A DNA stretch of 64,000 bases from Dehalococcoidia bacterium (GTDB lineage Bacteria > Chloroflexota > Dehalococcoidia > Bin125), in assembly GCA_965218115.1 (NCBI GenBank), contig OZ244584.1, positions 2,816,771 through 2,880,770 on the forward strand, read 5' to 3'. The position numbers and the translations under genes were made by a program. Shown here in pieces: positions 38,610 through 47,537 of this stretch. How positions within the stretch are numbered: the stretch's first letter is position 1; every line of letters starts with the position of its first letter. A model generated the notes under the pieces. It did no database searches and was not told where the DNA came from. It saw nothing but the letters and a program-made list of their open reading frames with translations.

Positions 38610-39016
38610 CCGGCGGGCGGCCTGTTGATCTGAACAATCTCCAGTGGGATTGTCGCCACCGCACTCCCGTCGAATGCGATGCGAAACTCGTGGGATCCCC
38701 AACGATTGAATTGAAGGTCATTGAGCTCCAAGACGAATCTTGCGCCTCCACGCGGGGCTTCTTCGGGGTCAGTCAGAGGAAATCGTTGTGCAACGGCCGG
38801 CACGGCATCGTGACCGTCAGCGTCAACGATGCGAAGCTCCATGTCGTGTTCGCCTACCTCATCGCGCCCGTATGAGATTCCCAACACCAAGCTGAGTCTT
38901 GGGTGGCGCAGCGGGATCTGAGTCATTCCAAGCACGTTGATGCCGATCCCCAACGCGTGGAGTTTTCCACCCGACTCAACGGCAACGTCGCACAGGAATG
39001 CCAGCTGAATGTCCAC
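38606..39016 (-). CDS. hypothetical protein (136 aa)
   Basis: ORF in same orientation and immediately downstream of the DUF2283 gene; no recognised motif. Confidence 0.4.
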   Translation of the reverse strand: MDIQLAFLCDVAVESGGKLHALGIGINVLGMTQIPLRHPRLSLVLGISYGRDEVGEHDMELRIVDADGHDAVPAVAQRFPLTDPEEAPRGGARFVLELNDLQFNRWGSHEFRIAFDGSAVATIPLEIVQINRPPAG

Positions 39017-39033
39017 GGCTGACGTTCGCCCTT

Positions 39034-39459
39034 TCAGCTCAAGCGCTTAAGCACCCCGTCCACGTAGCGATAGGCGTCTGGCTTCGTAGCGGAGCGGTCG
39101 ACATCAGGGCCGCTGACGCCGATCAAGCCGTCCGCGATGAGCGTAGAGCCGCGCACGGTAGGGTAGATATTGTCAAGGGTGAACACCTTGAGCGTGTCGA
39201 TGTGGTCGACGGTGTTGATCTTCCCTCCGAATCCGTGTGCGAGGAGCACGGTTTGCAGTCGACGATTCTCCGGCAGGCCGTCCATGTCGATGCCGCCGGC
39301 GATCTGCAGAAACTCGACACCAACTACGTGACCTTGGCTGTCGTAGTCAACCATTCGGTAGTCGCCGAACTCACCCGTGGTGTGGATCGCAGCATCGCTG
39401 AGGCGGACATAGAGGATATCGCCCGCATCGTTGACATTCACTCGTTCGGCGTCGGCCAT
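39034..39459 (-). CDS. DUF2283-domain protein (putative antitoxin-like partner)
   Basis: 'DILYVRLSDAAIHTTGEFGDYRMVDYDSQGHVVGVEFL' matches DUF2283 core; start at internal ATG (MADAER) 22 nt after upstream gene stop. Confidence 0.6.
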   Translation of the reverse strand: MADAERVNVNDAGDILYVRLSDAAIHTTGEFGDYRMVDYDSQGHVVGVEFLQIAGGIDMDGLPENRRLQTVLLAHGFGGKINTVDHIDTLKVFTLDNIYPTVRGSTLIADGLIGVSGPDVDRSATKPDAYRYVDGVLKRLS

Positions 39460-39481
39460 GGGGCCCTCGATTCTCCGTGGT

Positions 39482-39715
39482 CTATTCGTTTCGCCATGCC
39501 GTGGTCGCGACGACGGGAGGGTTGGAATCCTTCCGAACGTAGACTTTACACACCCTGCCCTCAATGCTCCGTTCGTAGATTTCACAGGGAGGGTTTGGCG
39601 GCCTCGCAATCGCCGGTCGCACTCGGTCAGGGTCTTCGAGTGTCAGGCGGATGTTTGACTCTGTCACCCCTCGTGCGCGCATTTGCTCGCGGGCATGCGA
39701 TTCGTAGACGATCAT
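39482..39715 (-). CDS. DUF4258-domain protein (putative toxin-like partner)
   Basis: 'MIVYESHAREQMRARGVTESNIRLTLEDP' = DUF4258 'HA.ERM.ERGIT' pattern; 77 aa. Confidence 0.6.
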   Translation of the reverse strand: MIVYESHAREQMRARGVTESNIRLTLEDPDRVRPAIARPPNPPCEIYERSIEGRVCKVYVRKDSNPPVVATTAWRNE

Positions 39716-39819
39716 AGAGCGATCATGATGAATGCAGAACGTGCTGTGCGCGACCGCCTGCACAGCGCGAGGCGAACCGCCAAAGCGACAATTGTGAGGC
39801 GCGATAGGATGGCGGCATA

Positions 39820-40863
39820 ATGCGTGCCCTGATCTTTGAGCGGGCGGGGGAGATTCGCGTCGGCGAGGTTGCCGACCGCGCGCCGGCGGCGGGCGAGGCG
39901 CTGCTGGAGGTGCGGGCGGCCTCGGTCTGCGCCTCCGATCTGCGGGTCTATCGGGGCGAGAAATATGCAATGGCCGGGGTCGTGCCGGGGCACGAGTTCG
40001 CCGGCACGATCGTGGCCGTCGGAGATGGCGTGGAGACGGTCGAGCTGGGCGCCGATGTGGCCGTCTACCCGATCATCTCCTGCGGCGGCTGCGCCTTCTG
40101 CCGGCGCGGGCTGCGCAACCGTTGCAGCAACCGCCAGACGCTGGGCTACGACCAGAACGGCGGCCTGGCCGAGCGGGTGCTGCTGCCGGCGGCGCTGGTC
40201 AGCCAGGGCCACGCGGTCGCGCTGGCGCCGGGAGCTGATTTCGAGCGCGCGGCGCTGACCGAGCCAACTGCGTGCGTGCTCAATTCGCTGGAGTCGTGCC
40301 GCTTTCGCGCGGGCGTCAGCGTCGCGATCATCGGCGCGGGCCCAATGGGGCTGCTGCATGTCGTGCTGGCGCGGGCGCTTGGGGCGGGAGCGATCGTGGT
40401 GGCGGAACCTGTCGAGTCGCGGCGTGCGGCGGCCGAAGCGGTCGGCGCGGATCTGGTCGTGGATGGACATCCCGACAGCCTCCGGGCGGCAGTCGATGAG
40501 GCGACGCGCGGCGAGGGCGCCGACATCGTGATCGTCTCCGTCGGGCTCGATGGGCTCACGGAGATGGCGTTGAACGTGGCCGGGCGGCAGAGCTCGGTCA
40601 ACCTGTTTGCCGGCTTCCCGCCGGAGTCATCGGCGCTGGTCGACGTCAACGCCCTGCACTACCAGGAGGTCTCGCTGACCGGGACGCAGAACGCGACGCC
40701 CGACCAGTTTCGGCGCACCGCCGCGATGATTCCCAGCCTCGACGGGCTGAACCGGATCGTGTCGCACCGCTTCGCCCTGAGCGAGGCGACGCTGGCGTAT
40801 GAGTCGCGCCAGGACCCGTCGGTGCTGAAGACGGCGGTGCTGCCGGACGACCGCCTCGGATGA
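39820..40863 (+). CDS. zinc-dependent alcohol/threonine dehydrogenase (MDR family)
   Basis: 'CASDLRVYRGE...GHEFAG' catalytic Zn site, structural Zn 'CGGCAFCRRGLRNRC', Rossmann 'IIGAGPMGLL'. Confidence 0.9.
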   Translation: MRALIFERAGEIRVGEVADRAPAAGEALLEVRAASVCASDLRVYRGEKYAMAGVVPGHEFAGTIVAVGDGVETVELGADVAVYPIISCGGCAFCRRGLRNRCSNRQTLGYDQNGGLAERVLLPAALVSQGHAVALAPGADFERAALTEPTACVLNSLESCRFRAGVSVAIIGAGPMGLLHVVLARALGAGAIVVAEPVESRRAAAEAVGADLVVDGHPDSLRAAVDEATRGEGADIVIVSVGLDGLTEMALNVAGRQSSVNLFAGFPPESSALVDVNALHYQEVSLTGTQNATPDQFRRTAAMIPSLDGLNRIVSHRFALSEATLAYESRQDPSVLKTAVLPDDRLG

Positions 40864-41618
40864 CTACGCCCGACTCCTACGATCTGCTCGGGATCGGGCC
40901 GGCGCTGCGCGACGCGCGGATTCGCCGCGGCCGCTCGCTGAACCAGGCGCACCAGGCGACCCGCATCCAGCGCGCGTATCTCGAGGCGTTGGAGCAGGAG
41001 AACTGGGCCGCGCTGCCGGCGGCGCCGTTTGCGCGGGGTTTTTTGGCCTCCTACGCCGAGTACCTGGGCCTCGACAGCGGGCCACTGCTCGATCGCTTCC
41101 CGCTCGCGGCAACGGGGCCGGGCGAGGGGCTCGCGCGGCACACCGACGCTCCGACGACCGATCAGCGGACGCTGGCGCGCACCGCGGACGATCGGATGGA
41201 GCGGCCGGGTGTACATCTGGGGCCGTGGCTCGCGGCCGCGGTGGTGGTGCTGGTCGTGATCGCCGGCGTGGTCGCGGTGATCACGCTGCGCGACCCGGTG
41301 ATCGCGCCTGAGCCGGCGCGTACCGTGCCGGGCATCCCGTCTCAAGGTGGCGACATCGAGGCGGCAGCTGAAGCGGTGATCAACCGTCCCGAGATCAGCC
41401 GCGACCCGTTGCCCGACCTGCGGCCCTACAGCGCTCGGGAGGCGATCAACTATGTGCAAAACACCGGCGCGCCGTACGTGCTGATTCGGGTCCACGATGA
41501 CACGCCGGCGGGCACGGTGATCGAGCAGACGCCGCCGGGCGGCGAGCAGATTCCCTCCGATGGCTCGGTCACGCTCGTGATCAGCAGCGGCCCGCGCGTC
41601 CAGGCCGCGGGCGGCTGA
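40860..41618 (+). CDS. RodZ-like HTH membrane protein with C-terminal PASTA domain
   Basis: N-terminal Xre/RodZ HTH ('LNQAHQATRIQRAYLEALEQ'), one TM, C-terminal 'LPDLRPYSAREAINYVQNTGAPYVLIRVHDDTPAGTVIEQTPPGGEQIPSDGSVTLVIS' PASTA-like. Confidence 0.7.
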   Translation: MTTPDSYDLLGIGPALRDARIRRGRSLNQAHQATRIQRAYLEALEQENWAALPAAPFARGFLASYAEYLGLDSGPLLDRFPLAATGPGEGLARHTDAPTTDQRTLARTADDRMERPGVHLGPWLAAAVVVLVVIAGVVAVITLRDPVIAPEPARTVPGIPSQGGDIEAAAEAVINRPEISRDPLPDLRPYSAREAINYVQNTGAPYVLIRVHDDTPAGTVIEQTPPGGEQIPSDGSVTLVISSGPRVQAAGG

Positions 41619-42934
41619 TGCGCTACCACATCGTCACGCTGGGCTGCCCCAAGAACACGACCGACTCGGCTCGGATTTCGCGCTCGCTCGAGGCGGCGGG
41701 GCATCGCTCGACCGCGCAGCGCGCTGACGCCGACCTGGTCGTGCTGAACACCTGTGGGTTCATTGACGACGCGAAGGCCGAGTCGGCCCAGGCCGCAGCA
41801 CTGCTGGCAGAGGAGCGAAGCGGCGCTCAGCGCCTGTTCGTGGCGGGCTGCTGGTCGGAGATCGAGCGCGAGCGCGTGTCGTCGGTGGTGGGCGTGGACG
41901 AGATCTTCGGGATCGAGGCGTGGGACGAGATCAGCAGCGCAGCCGGCCAGACCGACGTCACCGCCGAGCGAGACATCCCGACCGGCGGCGTCGGACAGGC
42001 GGGGCAACCGTCGGCCTATCTGAAGATCTCGGACGGCTGCGCGCGACCCTGCACCTTCTGCAACATCCCGCAGATCAAGGGTCGGCAGTTTCGCTCGGCG
42101 ACGCCCGATGAGCTGGTCGCGGAAGCGCGCGAGCTGACCGATCGCGGCGCGCGCGAGCTGGTGCTGGTCGCGCAGGACAGCACGTCGTACGGCTCGGAGT
42201 GGGGCGATCCGCACGGCCTGGCGCGGCTGCTCGAGCGTCTGGCGACGGAGGTCCCGGCGGCGCGCTGGCTACGGCTGATGTACGCCTACCCGGGCTTCGT
42301 CACGCCGAGCCTGGTCGAGACGATGGCCTCAATCCCACAGGTCTGCCACTACCTCGACATCCCGCTGCAGCACGGCAGCCCCGATGTGTTGCGGCGGATG
42401 AAGCGTCCACACAACATGCAGATGGTGCGTGAGACGCTGGAGCGGCTGCGCGTGGCGATGCCGGACATCGCGATCCGGACGACGTTCATCGTGGGCTTCC
42501 CCGGCGAGACGAAGCGGGAGTTCCAGGAGCTGCTCGATTTCTGTCGCGAGGCGCGATTCGATCGCGCCGGCGCGTTCACCTATTCGCCGCAGGCGGGAAC
42601 ACCGGCGGCCGATCTGGGCGCGCAGCTCTCGGAGCGCACGAAGCAGCGTCGCTACCGACGCTTGATGACGGTGCTGGGTGAGATCGCCGCCGAGCGCAGC
42701 GAGGAACAGGTCGGTCGCGAGCTGGAGCTGCTGGTCGAATCGGAGCCGGGCCAGACGACCGAGGACGGTGATCCGATCTTCGCCGGGCGAAGCTATCGGG
42801 AGGCGCCGGAGGTTGATGGGCTGGTCTTCTGCGACGGGTTGGCGTCGCCGGGGTCAATGCCGATCGTGCGGGTGACACAGGCGTTGGGCCACGACCTGTG
42901 GGCGACGCCGGTTGCGGGCGAGCACCTCCGCTAA
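41618..42934 (+). CDS. rimO: ribosomal protein S12 methylthiotransferase RimO (MiaB-like radical SAM)
   Basis: MTTase N-domain 'IVTLGCPKNTTDS', radical SAM 'CARPCTFCNIP', C-terminal TRAM; 438 aa. Confidence 0.85.
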   Translation: MRYHIVTLGCPKNTTDSARISRSLEAAGHRSTAQRADADLVVLNTCGFIDDAKAESAQAAALLAEERSGAQRLFVAGCWSEIERERVSSVVGVDEIFGIEAWDEISSAAGQTDVTAERDIPTGGVGQAGQPSAYLKISDGCARPCTFCNIPQIKGRQFRSATPDELVAEARELTDRGARELVLVAQDSTSYGSEWGDPHGLARLLERLATEVPAARWLRLMYAYPGFVTPSLVETMASIPQVCHYLDIPLQHGSPDVLRRMKRPHNMQMVRETLERLRVAMPDIAIRTTFIVGFPGETKREFQELLDFCREARFDRAGAFTYSPQAGTPAADLGAQLSERTKQRRYRRLMTVLGEIAAERSEEQVGRELELLVESEPGQTTEDGDPIFAGRSYREAPEVDGLVFCDGLASPGSMPIVRVTQALGHDLWATPVAGEHLR

Positions 42935-43227
42935 AGGTGGATGGTTTCGGTCTCGACGGTTGAGACATGGGCGTCGATGCTGAGCTCCTCGATGAAGCTG
43001 ATCGCGTGCTGGAGCGTGGCGTGGCTGCGCGCTTCGGCGTTGGACACGGTGACGAGGCTGAGCGTGGCGGTCGTGGGGTCGTCGAGCTCGCCGACTTCGG
43101 CGACGGCGACGTTGAACTTGTTGCGAACGCGGTCGCGGACGCGGCGCACGACCGCGCGCTTGTCTTTCAGCGAGGCCGACTCAAACATCGTCAGCTCGAG
43201 GCGCAGGGTGCAGATCACCGCGGGCAT
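42931..43227 (-). CDS. DUF503-family protein (YlxP-like)
   Basis: 'CTLRLELTMFESASLKDKRAVVRRVRDRVRNKFNVAVAEV' DUF503 signature; 98 aa. Confidence 0.8.
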   Translation of the reverse strand: MPAVICTLRLELTMFESASLKDKRAVVRRVRDRVRNKFNVAVAEVGELDDPTTATLSLVTVSNAEARSHATLQHAISFIEELSIDAHVSTVETETIHL

Positions 43228-43233
43228 GGGCGG

Positions 43234-43884
43234 TTAGTCGGCCGCTTCGTCGGCGTCTTCGAGCGGCAGGATCGCTTGCTGGGCGGGCGCCGGAAGGTCG
43301 CCCAGCGGCGGCAGCTCGGCGAGCGCGCCGAGGCCGAAGTGGTCGAGGAAGCGCGCGGTCACGCCCCAGAGCAGCGGTTGGCCGGGCGTTTCGAGCCGGC
43401 CGACGGGCTGGACCAGGTCGCGCGAGCGCAGCGTGCGCAGCGACGCGCCCGCGCCGACGCCGCGCACGCGCTCGATCGACGAGCGGGTCACGGGCTGGTG
43501 GTAGGCGATCACGGCCAGCGTCTCGAGCGCGGCCTTGGAGAGCCGATTGGGCGTCTCGAGACCGAGCAGCGCTTCGACCCACGGCGCGGCCTCGGGGGCG
43601 CTGACCAGCGCGATCGTCGCCCCGTGACGGCGCAGCCGGATGCCGCGCGATTCGTCCACCGAGATCTGGTCGAGGGCCTGCTCGACAGCGTCGGGAGCGA
43701 CGCCGGTGACGCGCGCGAGCATCTGGACCGTGGGCGGCTCCTCGGCGACGAGCAGCAGGCTTTCGAGCACCATCGGCAGGTTCTCGGGCCGCGGCGCGGC
43801 CTGATCGGTGTCGCGCGCTGGTTCGCGCACTGGCTCGCGAGCCGCGTCGTACTGGGTCTCGGCGACGAGCGTGGCCTCGGTCAT
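43234..43884 (-). CDS. scpB: segregation and condensation protein B
   Basis: 'LESLLLVAEEPPTVQMLARVTG...NRLSKAALETLAVIAYHQPVTRSSIERVRGV' tandem wHTH ScpB; start ATG 43884 overlaps mtaB stop (ATGA). Confidence 0.85.
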   Translation of the reverse strand: MTEATLVAETQYDAAREPVREPARDTDQAAPRPENLPMVLESLLLVAEEPPTVQMLARVTGVAPDAVEQALDQISVDESRGIRLRRHGATIALVSAPEAAPWVEALLGLETPNRLSKAALETLAVIAYHQPVTRSSIERVRGVGAGASLRTLRSRDLVQPVGRLETPGQPLLWGVTARFLDHFGLGALAELPPLGDLPAPAQQAILPLEDADEAAD

Positions 43885-45206
43885 CGCAGCTCCAGCTCTC
43901 CGATTGCCGACGGCGTTTCTGCGTCGTCGCTGAGGCCGACGATGCGCGTCGCCACGAGCTGGTTGATCGGCGGCGACGACGCGTGGTTCCACTCTGACAC
44001 GACGGGCACGTAGGTGTCGGTCAGGCCGTGCAGGGTCGATCCGATCGAGGATTCGAAGAGCACGGTGTGGATCTCGCCCACGATCCGCTCGCGGAAGCGT
44101 CGGGCCTGCGCCGCCGCGAGGTCGCGCAGCGCACGCGAGCGCCGGCGCTTGGTCTGGGGCGGCACATCGTCGTCGAGCAGCGCGGCGCTGGTGCGCGGGC
44201 GGGGCGAGTAGGGGAACACGTGCATGTCGGCGAACTCGGCCCGTCGGCAGATCTCGAGCGTGTGCTCGAAGTCGGATTCGGTTTCGCCCGGGAAGCCAAC
44301 GATCACGTCGGTCGTGATCGCCGCGCCGGAGACGGTGGCGCGGATCAGCTCGAGCGCATGCAGGAACGCGTCGGCGTCGTAGCGGCGGCGCATCTTCGCG
44401 AGCACGGCGTCGCTGCCCGATTGCAGGGCGAGGTGGAAGTGCCGGCAGAGCCGCGCGTCCTCCCAGCAGGCCAGCAGCTCGGGAGTGATGTCCTGAGGCT
44501 GGATTGAGGAGTAGCGCAGGCGCGGGACATCGGTCTCGGCGAGCAGCGACTGGAGCAGTCGGGCGGCGTTCGCGCCGTCGTCGCGGTCGCGTCCGTAGGC
44601 GCCGGGCTGGGTGCCGGTCAGCACGATCTCCTGCACGCCTTCGGCGGCGCGCTCCGCGGCCTGGCTGACGATCGCGTCGATCGGCACGGCGCGCTCTCGG
44701 CCGCGCACGTGGGGCACGATGCAGAAGGCGCAGACATCGTCGCAGCCCTCCTGAATCTTGATCAAGGCTCGCGTCCGGCCGCTGGAGCTGGCCGCGCCGG
44801 CTGGACCGCGACCATTCGCGTCGCCCAGGGCGCCCAGCGCGCGCAGGACAGCGCTCGCGGCGGTCGCCTTCTCCGCGTTGCGGACGACTACGTCTGCTCC
44901 GACCTCGGTGATCAGGGTGTCGCCGGCGTGTTCGGCGTAGCAGCCGGTCACGATCACCGGGGCGTTGGGCGAGAGCCGCTTGGCGACGCGGATCAGGCGG
45001 CGGGCTTTGCGGTCGGCCACGTGGGTGACGCTGCAGGTGTTGATCAACCACGCATCGGCGGCGGTCGGGCGGTCGACGGTGACGCAACCTGCGGCCTGCA
45101 GCTCGCGCGCGGCGGCCTGCGTTTCGGCCTGGTTGAGCTTGCAGCCGAGCGTGAGCGTGGCCACCAGCGGCGGGCGTTGGCGATCGCGTGCCGCATCACG
45201 TTCCAT
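43881..45206 (-). CDS. mtaB: tRNA methylthiotransferase MtaB-like radical SAM enzyme
   Basis: 'LTLGCKLNQAE', radical SAM 'GCDDVCAFCIVP', C-terminal TRAM-like; start chosen at MERD (45206). Confidence 0.8.
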   Translation of the reverse strand: MERDAARDRQRPPLVATLTLGCKLNQAETQAAARELQAAGCVTVDRPTAADAWLINTCSVTHVADRKARRLIRVAKRLSPNAPVIVTGCYAEHAGDTLITEVGADVVVRNAEKATAASAVLRALGALGDANGRGPAGAASSSGRTRALIKIQEGCDDVCAFCIVPHVRGRERAVPIDAIVSQAAERAAEGVQEIVLTGTQPGAYGRDRDDGANAARLLQSLLAETDVPRLRYSSIQPQDITPELLACWEDARLCRHFHLALQSGSDAVLAKMRRRYDADAFLHALELIRATVSGAAITTDVIVGFPGETESDFEHTLEICRRAEFADMHVFPYSPRPRTSAALLDDDVPPQTKRRRSRALRDLAAAQARRFRERIVGEIHTVLFESSIGSTLHGLTDTYVPVVSEWNHASSPPINQLVATRIVGLSDDAETPSAIGELELR

Positions 45207-45281
45207 CACGTGCTCCCTGGCGGCTACCATAGCCACGAGCGGGCCGCGCGAGCAGCGCCGGGCCTGCGAAGGAGCGGCGCG

Positions 45282-45404
45282 ATGGTTGAAGTTGGACTCG
45301 CCATTCTGTTCATCGCGATTCTGCTGGCGGCCGACCGCCGGCGCTACGAGCGCTTCGGGGAGCGGATGCGGGAAGTGGTCGACTGGCTGGACCGCCCCGA
45401 GTAG
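45282..45404 (+). CDS. small single-TM protein (40 aa)
   Basis: ATG 7 nt after strong RBS 'GAAGGAG'; 'MVEVGLAILFIAILLAADRRRYERFG...' hydrophobic helix then charged tail. Confidence 0.35.
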   Translation: MVEVGLAILFIAILLAADRRRYERFGERMREVVDWLDRPE

Positions 45405-45809
45405 TTTCACTTGGGCCCTGGGCTTGCACTCGTCCCTCGCCCCGTTCTGTTGCGCACTTCGCTTGCATGCGTAGCACGAGCGTTCTATGCTCGCGTCAGA
45501 GGCGCCCGACCCTGATCACTAAGCAGGGAGGTGCAGGATGGCGCACCCCACGTTGACCCGCGGAATCCAGTTGGCCTTCGCCGTGAACGCCCGTAATGCG
45601 TACGCCAGTGAGACGCTCACGCCGCATCGCCCGTGTCCCGTCTGCGCCGGCCCCACTGCGCGCGTTGGCCGACATCTCGCCTGCGCGCTGTGCGGTTATG
45701 GGACCAAAGAGCGTCCGCGCGGCCGAGCGCCGCGCCGCCGCCGCTGAGCCTCACTGTCCAGCTGCCACCGAGGCCTCCCCAAGTGGGTCGGTCGGATTAC
45801 GATGGCACG

Positions 45810-45986
45810 ATGAACGCCGGCTATGTGTTCTTGGGCGTGATTCTGATCCTCTCCCTGCTCTGGGTGGGGGGCTACATCAAGGTCGGCGGGGTGCTGTCGC
45901 TCTACCGTCGGATCCGGCTGGCCGCCCTGCTCGCGGTGGTGGCGCTGATCGCGATCGCGGCGACGCGCATCTTCGGACTCGCCTGA
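45810..45986 (+). CDS. small two-TM membrane protein (58 aa)
   Basis: 'MNAGYVFLGVILILSLLWVGGYIKVGGVLSLYRRIRLAALLAVVALIAIAA'; weak RBS. Confidence 0.3.
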   Translation: MNAGYVFLGVILILSLLWVGGYIKVGGVLSLYRRIRLAALLAVVALIAIAATRIFGLA

Positions 45987-46004
45987 GCCGGCGGACGGTC
46001 GCCG

Positions 46005-47129
46005 ATGCGCATCCTGATCGCCCCGCAGGAGTTCAAGGGCAGCCTGACGGCGGTCGAGGCGGCTGACTGCTTCGCCGCGGCGGCGCAGGAGGTGTTGCCA
46101 GACGCGGAGATCGACCTCGCGCCGATCGCGGACGGCGGGCCGGGGACGGTGCAGGCGATCGTGCGGGCGGCTCGCGGGCGCACATCGATCGCGCGGGTGG
46201 CCGGTCCGCTCGGCTCGCCGGTCGATGCGCACTGGGGGCGAATCGACGACGGCCGGACGGCGGTGATCGAGATGGCTGCAGCCGCGGGCCTGACGCTGCT
46301 CGAGCCCGCGCAGCTCGATCCGCGCCGCGCTGCGACGCATGGCGTGGGGGAGCTGATCGTCCACGCGCTGGATGCGCACGCGGAGCGGATTCTGATCGGC
46401 GTCGGCGGCAGCGCCACGAACGACGGCGGCGCCGGCGCCGCGGTGGCGCTCGGCGTGCGGATGGTCGATGACGATGGTCACACGCTCGCGCCCGGCGGCG
46501 CGGCGCTGGCAGGCCTCGCGCGGATCGATGCGTCGGCGCTCGACGCGCGGCTGCTGACGACCGAGATCGACGTGCTCTGCGACGTGCAGAATCCACTGCT
46601 GGGTCCGGATGGCGCGAGCGCGGTGTACGGGCCGCAGAAGGGCGCCGACGCGGTGGCGGTCGCCGAGCTCGATCGCGCGCTGGCCAACTACGCGGGGATT
46701 CTGGAGCGAGACGTGGGCGTCAGCGTCGCTGAGCTGCCCGGCGCGGGCGCCGCGGGCGGATTGCCGGCGACGCTGGTCGCGTTCTGCGGCGCTCGCCTGG
46801 TCTCCGGCTTCGATGCGGTGGCCCGCGCGATCGGTCTGGCCGAGCGGATCGCCTCGGCGGATGTCGTGCTCACGGGCGAGGGCCGGCTCGACACGCAGTC
46901 GGCGTGGGGCAAGTCGGTCGCCGGCGTGGCCGCGCTGGCGGGCGCCGCGGGCACGCCCTGCATCGCCGTCTGCGGGCTGATCGAGGGCGACGCGGAGCTG
47001 CCAGGTCTGACCGGCCGCGAGCAGTCGACGCCCGCGGGCATGTCCGTCGAGCAGGCGATGGCTCGCGCGCAAGAGCTGGTCGCAGCCGCGGTGCGACGCT
47101 CGCTGCGGCGCTACTCGAACGGGGCGTAG
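46005..47129 (+). CDS. glycerate kinase
   Basis: 'MRILIAPQEFKGSLTAVEAADC...APIADGGPGT' glycerate kinase family I signature; 374 aa. Confidence 0.9.
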   Translation: MRILIAPQEFKGSLTAVEAADCFAAAAQEVLPDAEIDLAPIADGGPGTVQAIVRAARGRTSIARVAGPLGSPVDAHWGRIDDGRTAVIEMAAAAGLTLLEPAQLDPRRAATHGVGELIVHALDAHAERILIGVGGSATNDGGAGAAVALGVRMVDDDGHTLAPGGAALAGLARIDASALDARLLTTEIDVLCDVQNPLLGPDGASAVYGPQKGADAVAVAELDRALANYAGILERDVGVSVAELPGAGAAGGLPATLVAFCGARLVSGFDAVARAIGLAERIASADVVLTGEGRLDTQSAWGKSVAGVAALAGAAGTPCIAVCGLIEGDAELPGLTGREQSTPAGMSVEQAMARAQELVAAAVRRSLRRYSNGA

Positions 47130-47533
47130 CGGGAGTGACGGTCGATTTCGATGTGGGCGTCCTGATGGCCGGCGATGCCGATCTCGTCGAGCCGGTCGTC
47201 GTCGATCCCGAAGTGATGGGCGACTTCGTGCAGTACCGTCTCGCGGACCTGCTCCACGACCTCCCGCTCGGAGCGGCAGATCGACTCGATCGACTCCTGA
47301 TAGATGAAGATGCGATCAGGCAGGACCTCGCCGTAGCTGCCGCGGACGGTCAGCGGGCGGCCGCTGTAGAGGCCGAGCAGCGTGTCGCGGGAGCTCAGGC
47401 CGACCATCGCGAGCTCGCCGGGCTCGGGACGGTTGCGCACGATGATCACCACGTTGTCCATGCGATCGGCGAGCACGTCGGGAATTTCGTCGAGCGCGCG
47501 GGCGACGAGCCGCCGGAAGCGAGAGCGTTGCAT
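47111..47533 (-). CDS. zincin-like metallopeptidase-family protein (DUF1025/Zincin_1)
   Basis: 'VLHEVAHHFGIDDDRLDEI' HExxH motif; about 140 aa. Confidence 0.7.
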   Translation of the reverse strand: MQRSRFRRLVARALDEIPDVLADRMDNVVIIVRNRPEPGELAMVGLSSRDTLLGLYSGRPLTVRGSYGEVLPDRIFIYQESIESICRSEREVVEQVRETVLHEVAHHFGIDDDRLDEIGIAGHQDAHIEIDRHSRYAPFE

Positions 47534-47537
47534 CGGC

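Noticed and set aside
43885-45087. 617-aa ORF containing scpB at its C-terminus
   Set aside because: The upstream 400 aa are Arg/Pro-rich antisense-like sequence overlapping mtaB in another frame. ScpB proper starts at 43884.
43234-45206. Expected scpA next to scpB
   Set aside because: No ScpA-like ORF is adjacent. scpB is instead translationally coupled to mtaB. This is noted as an unusual arrangement but not reported as a feature.
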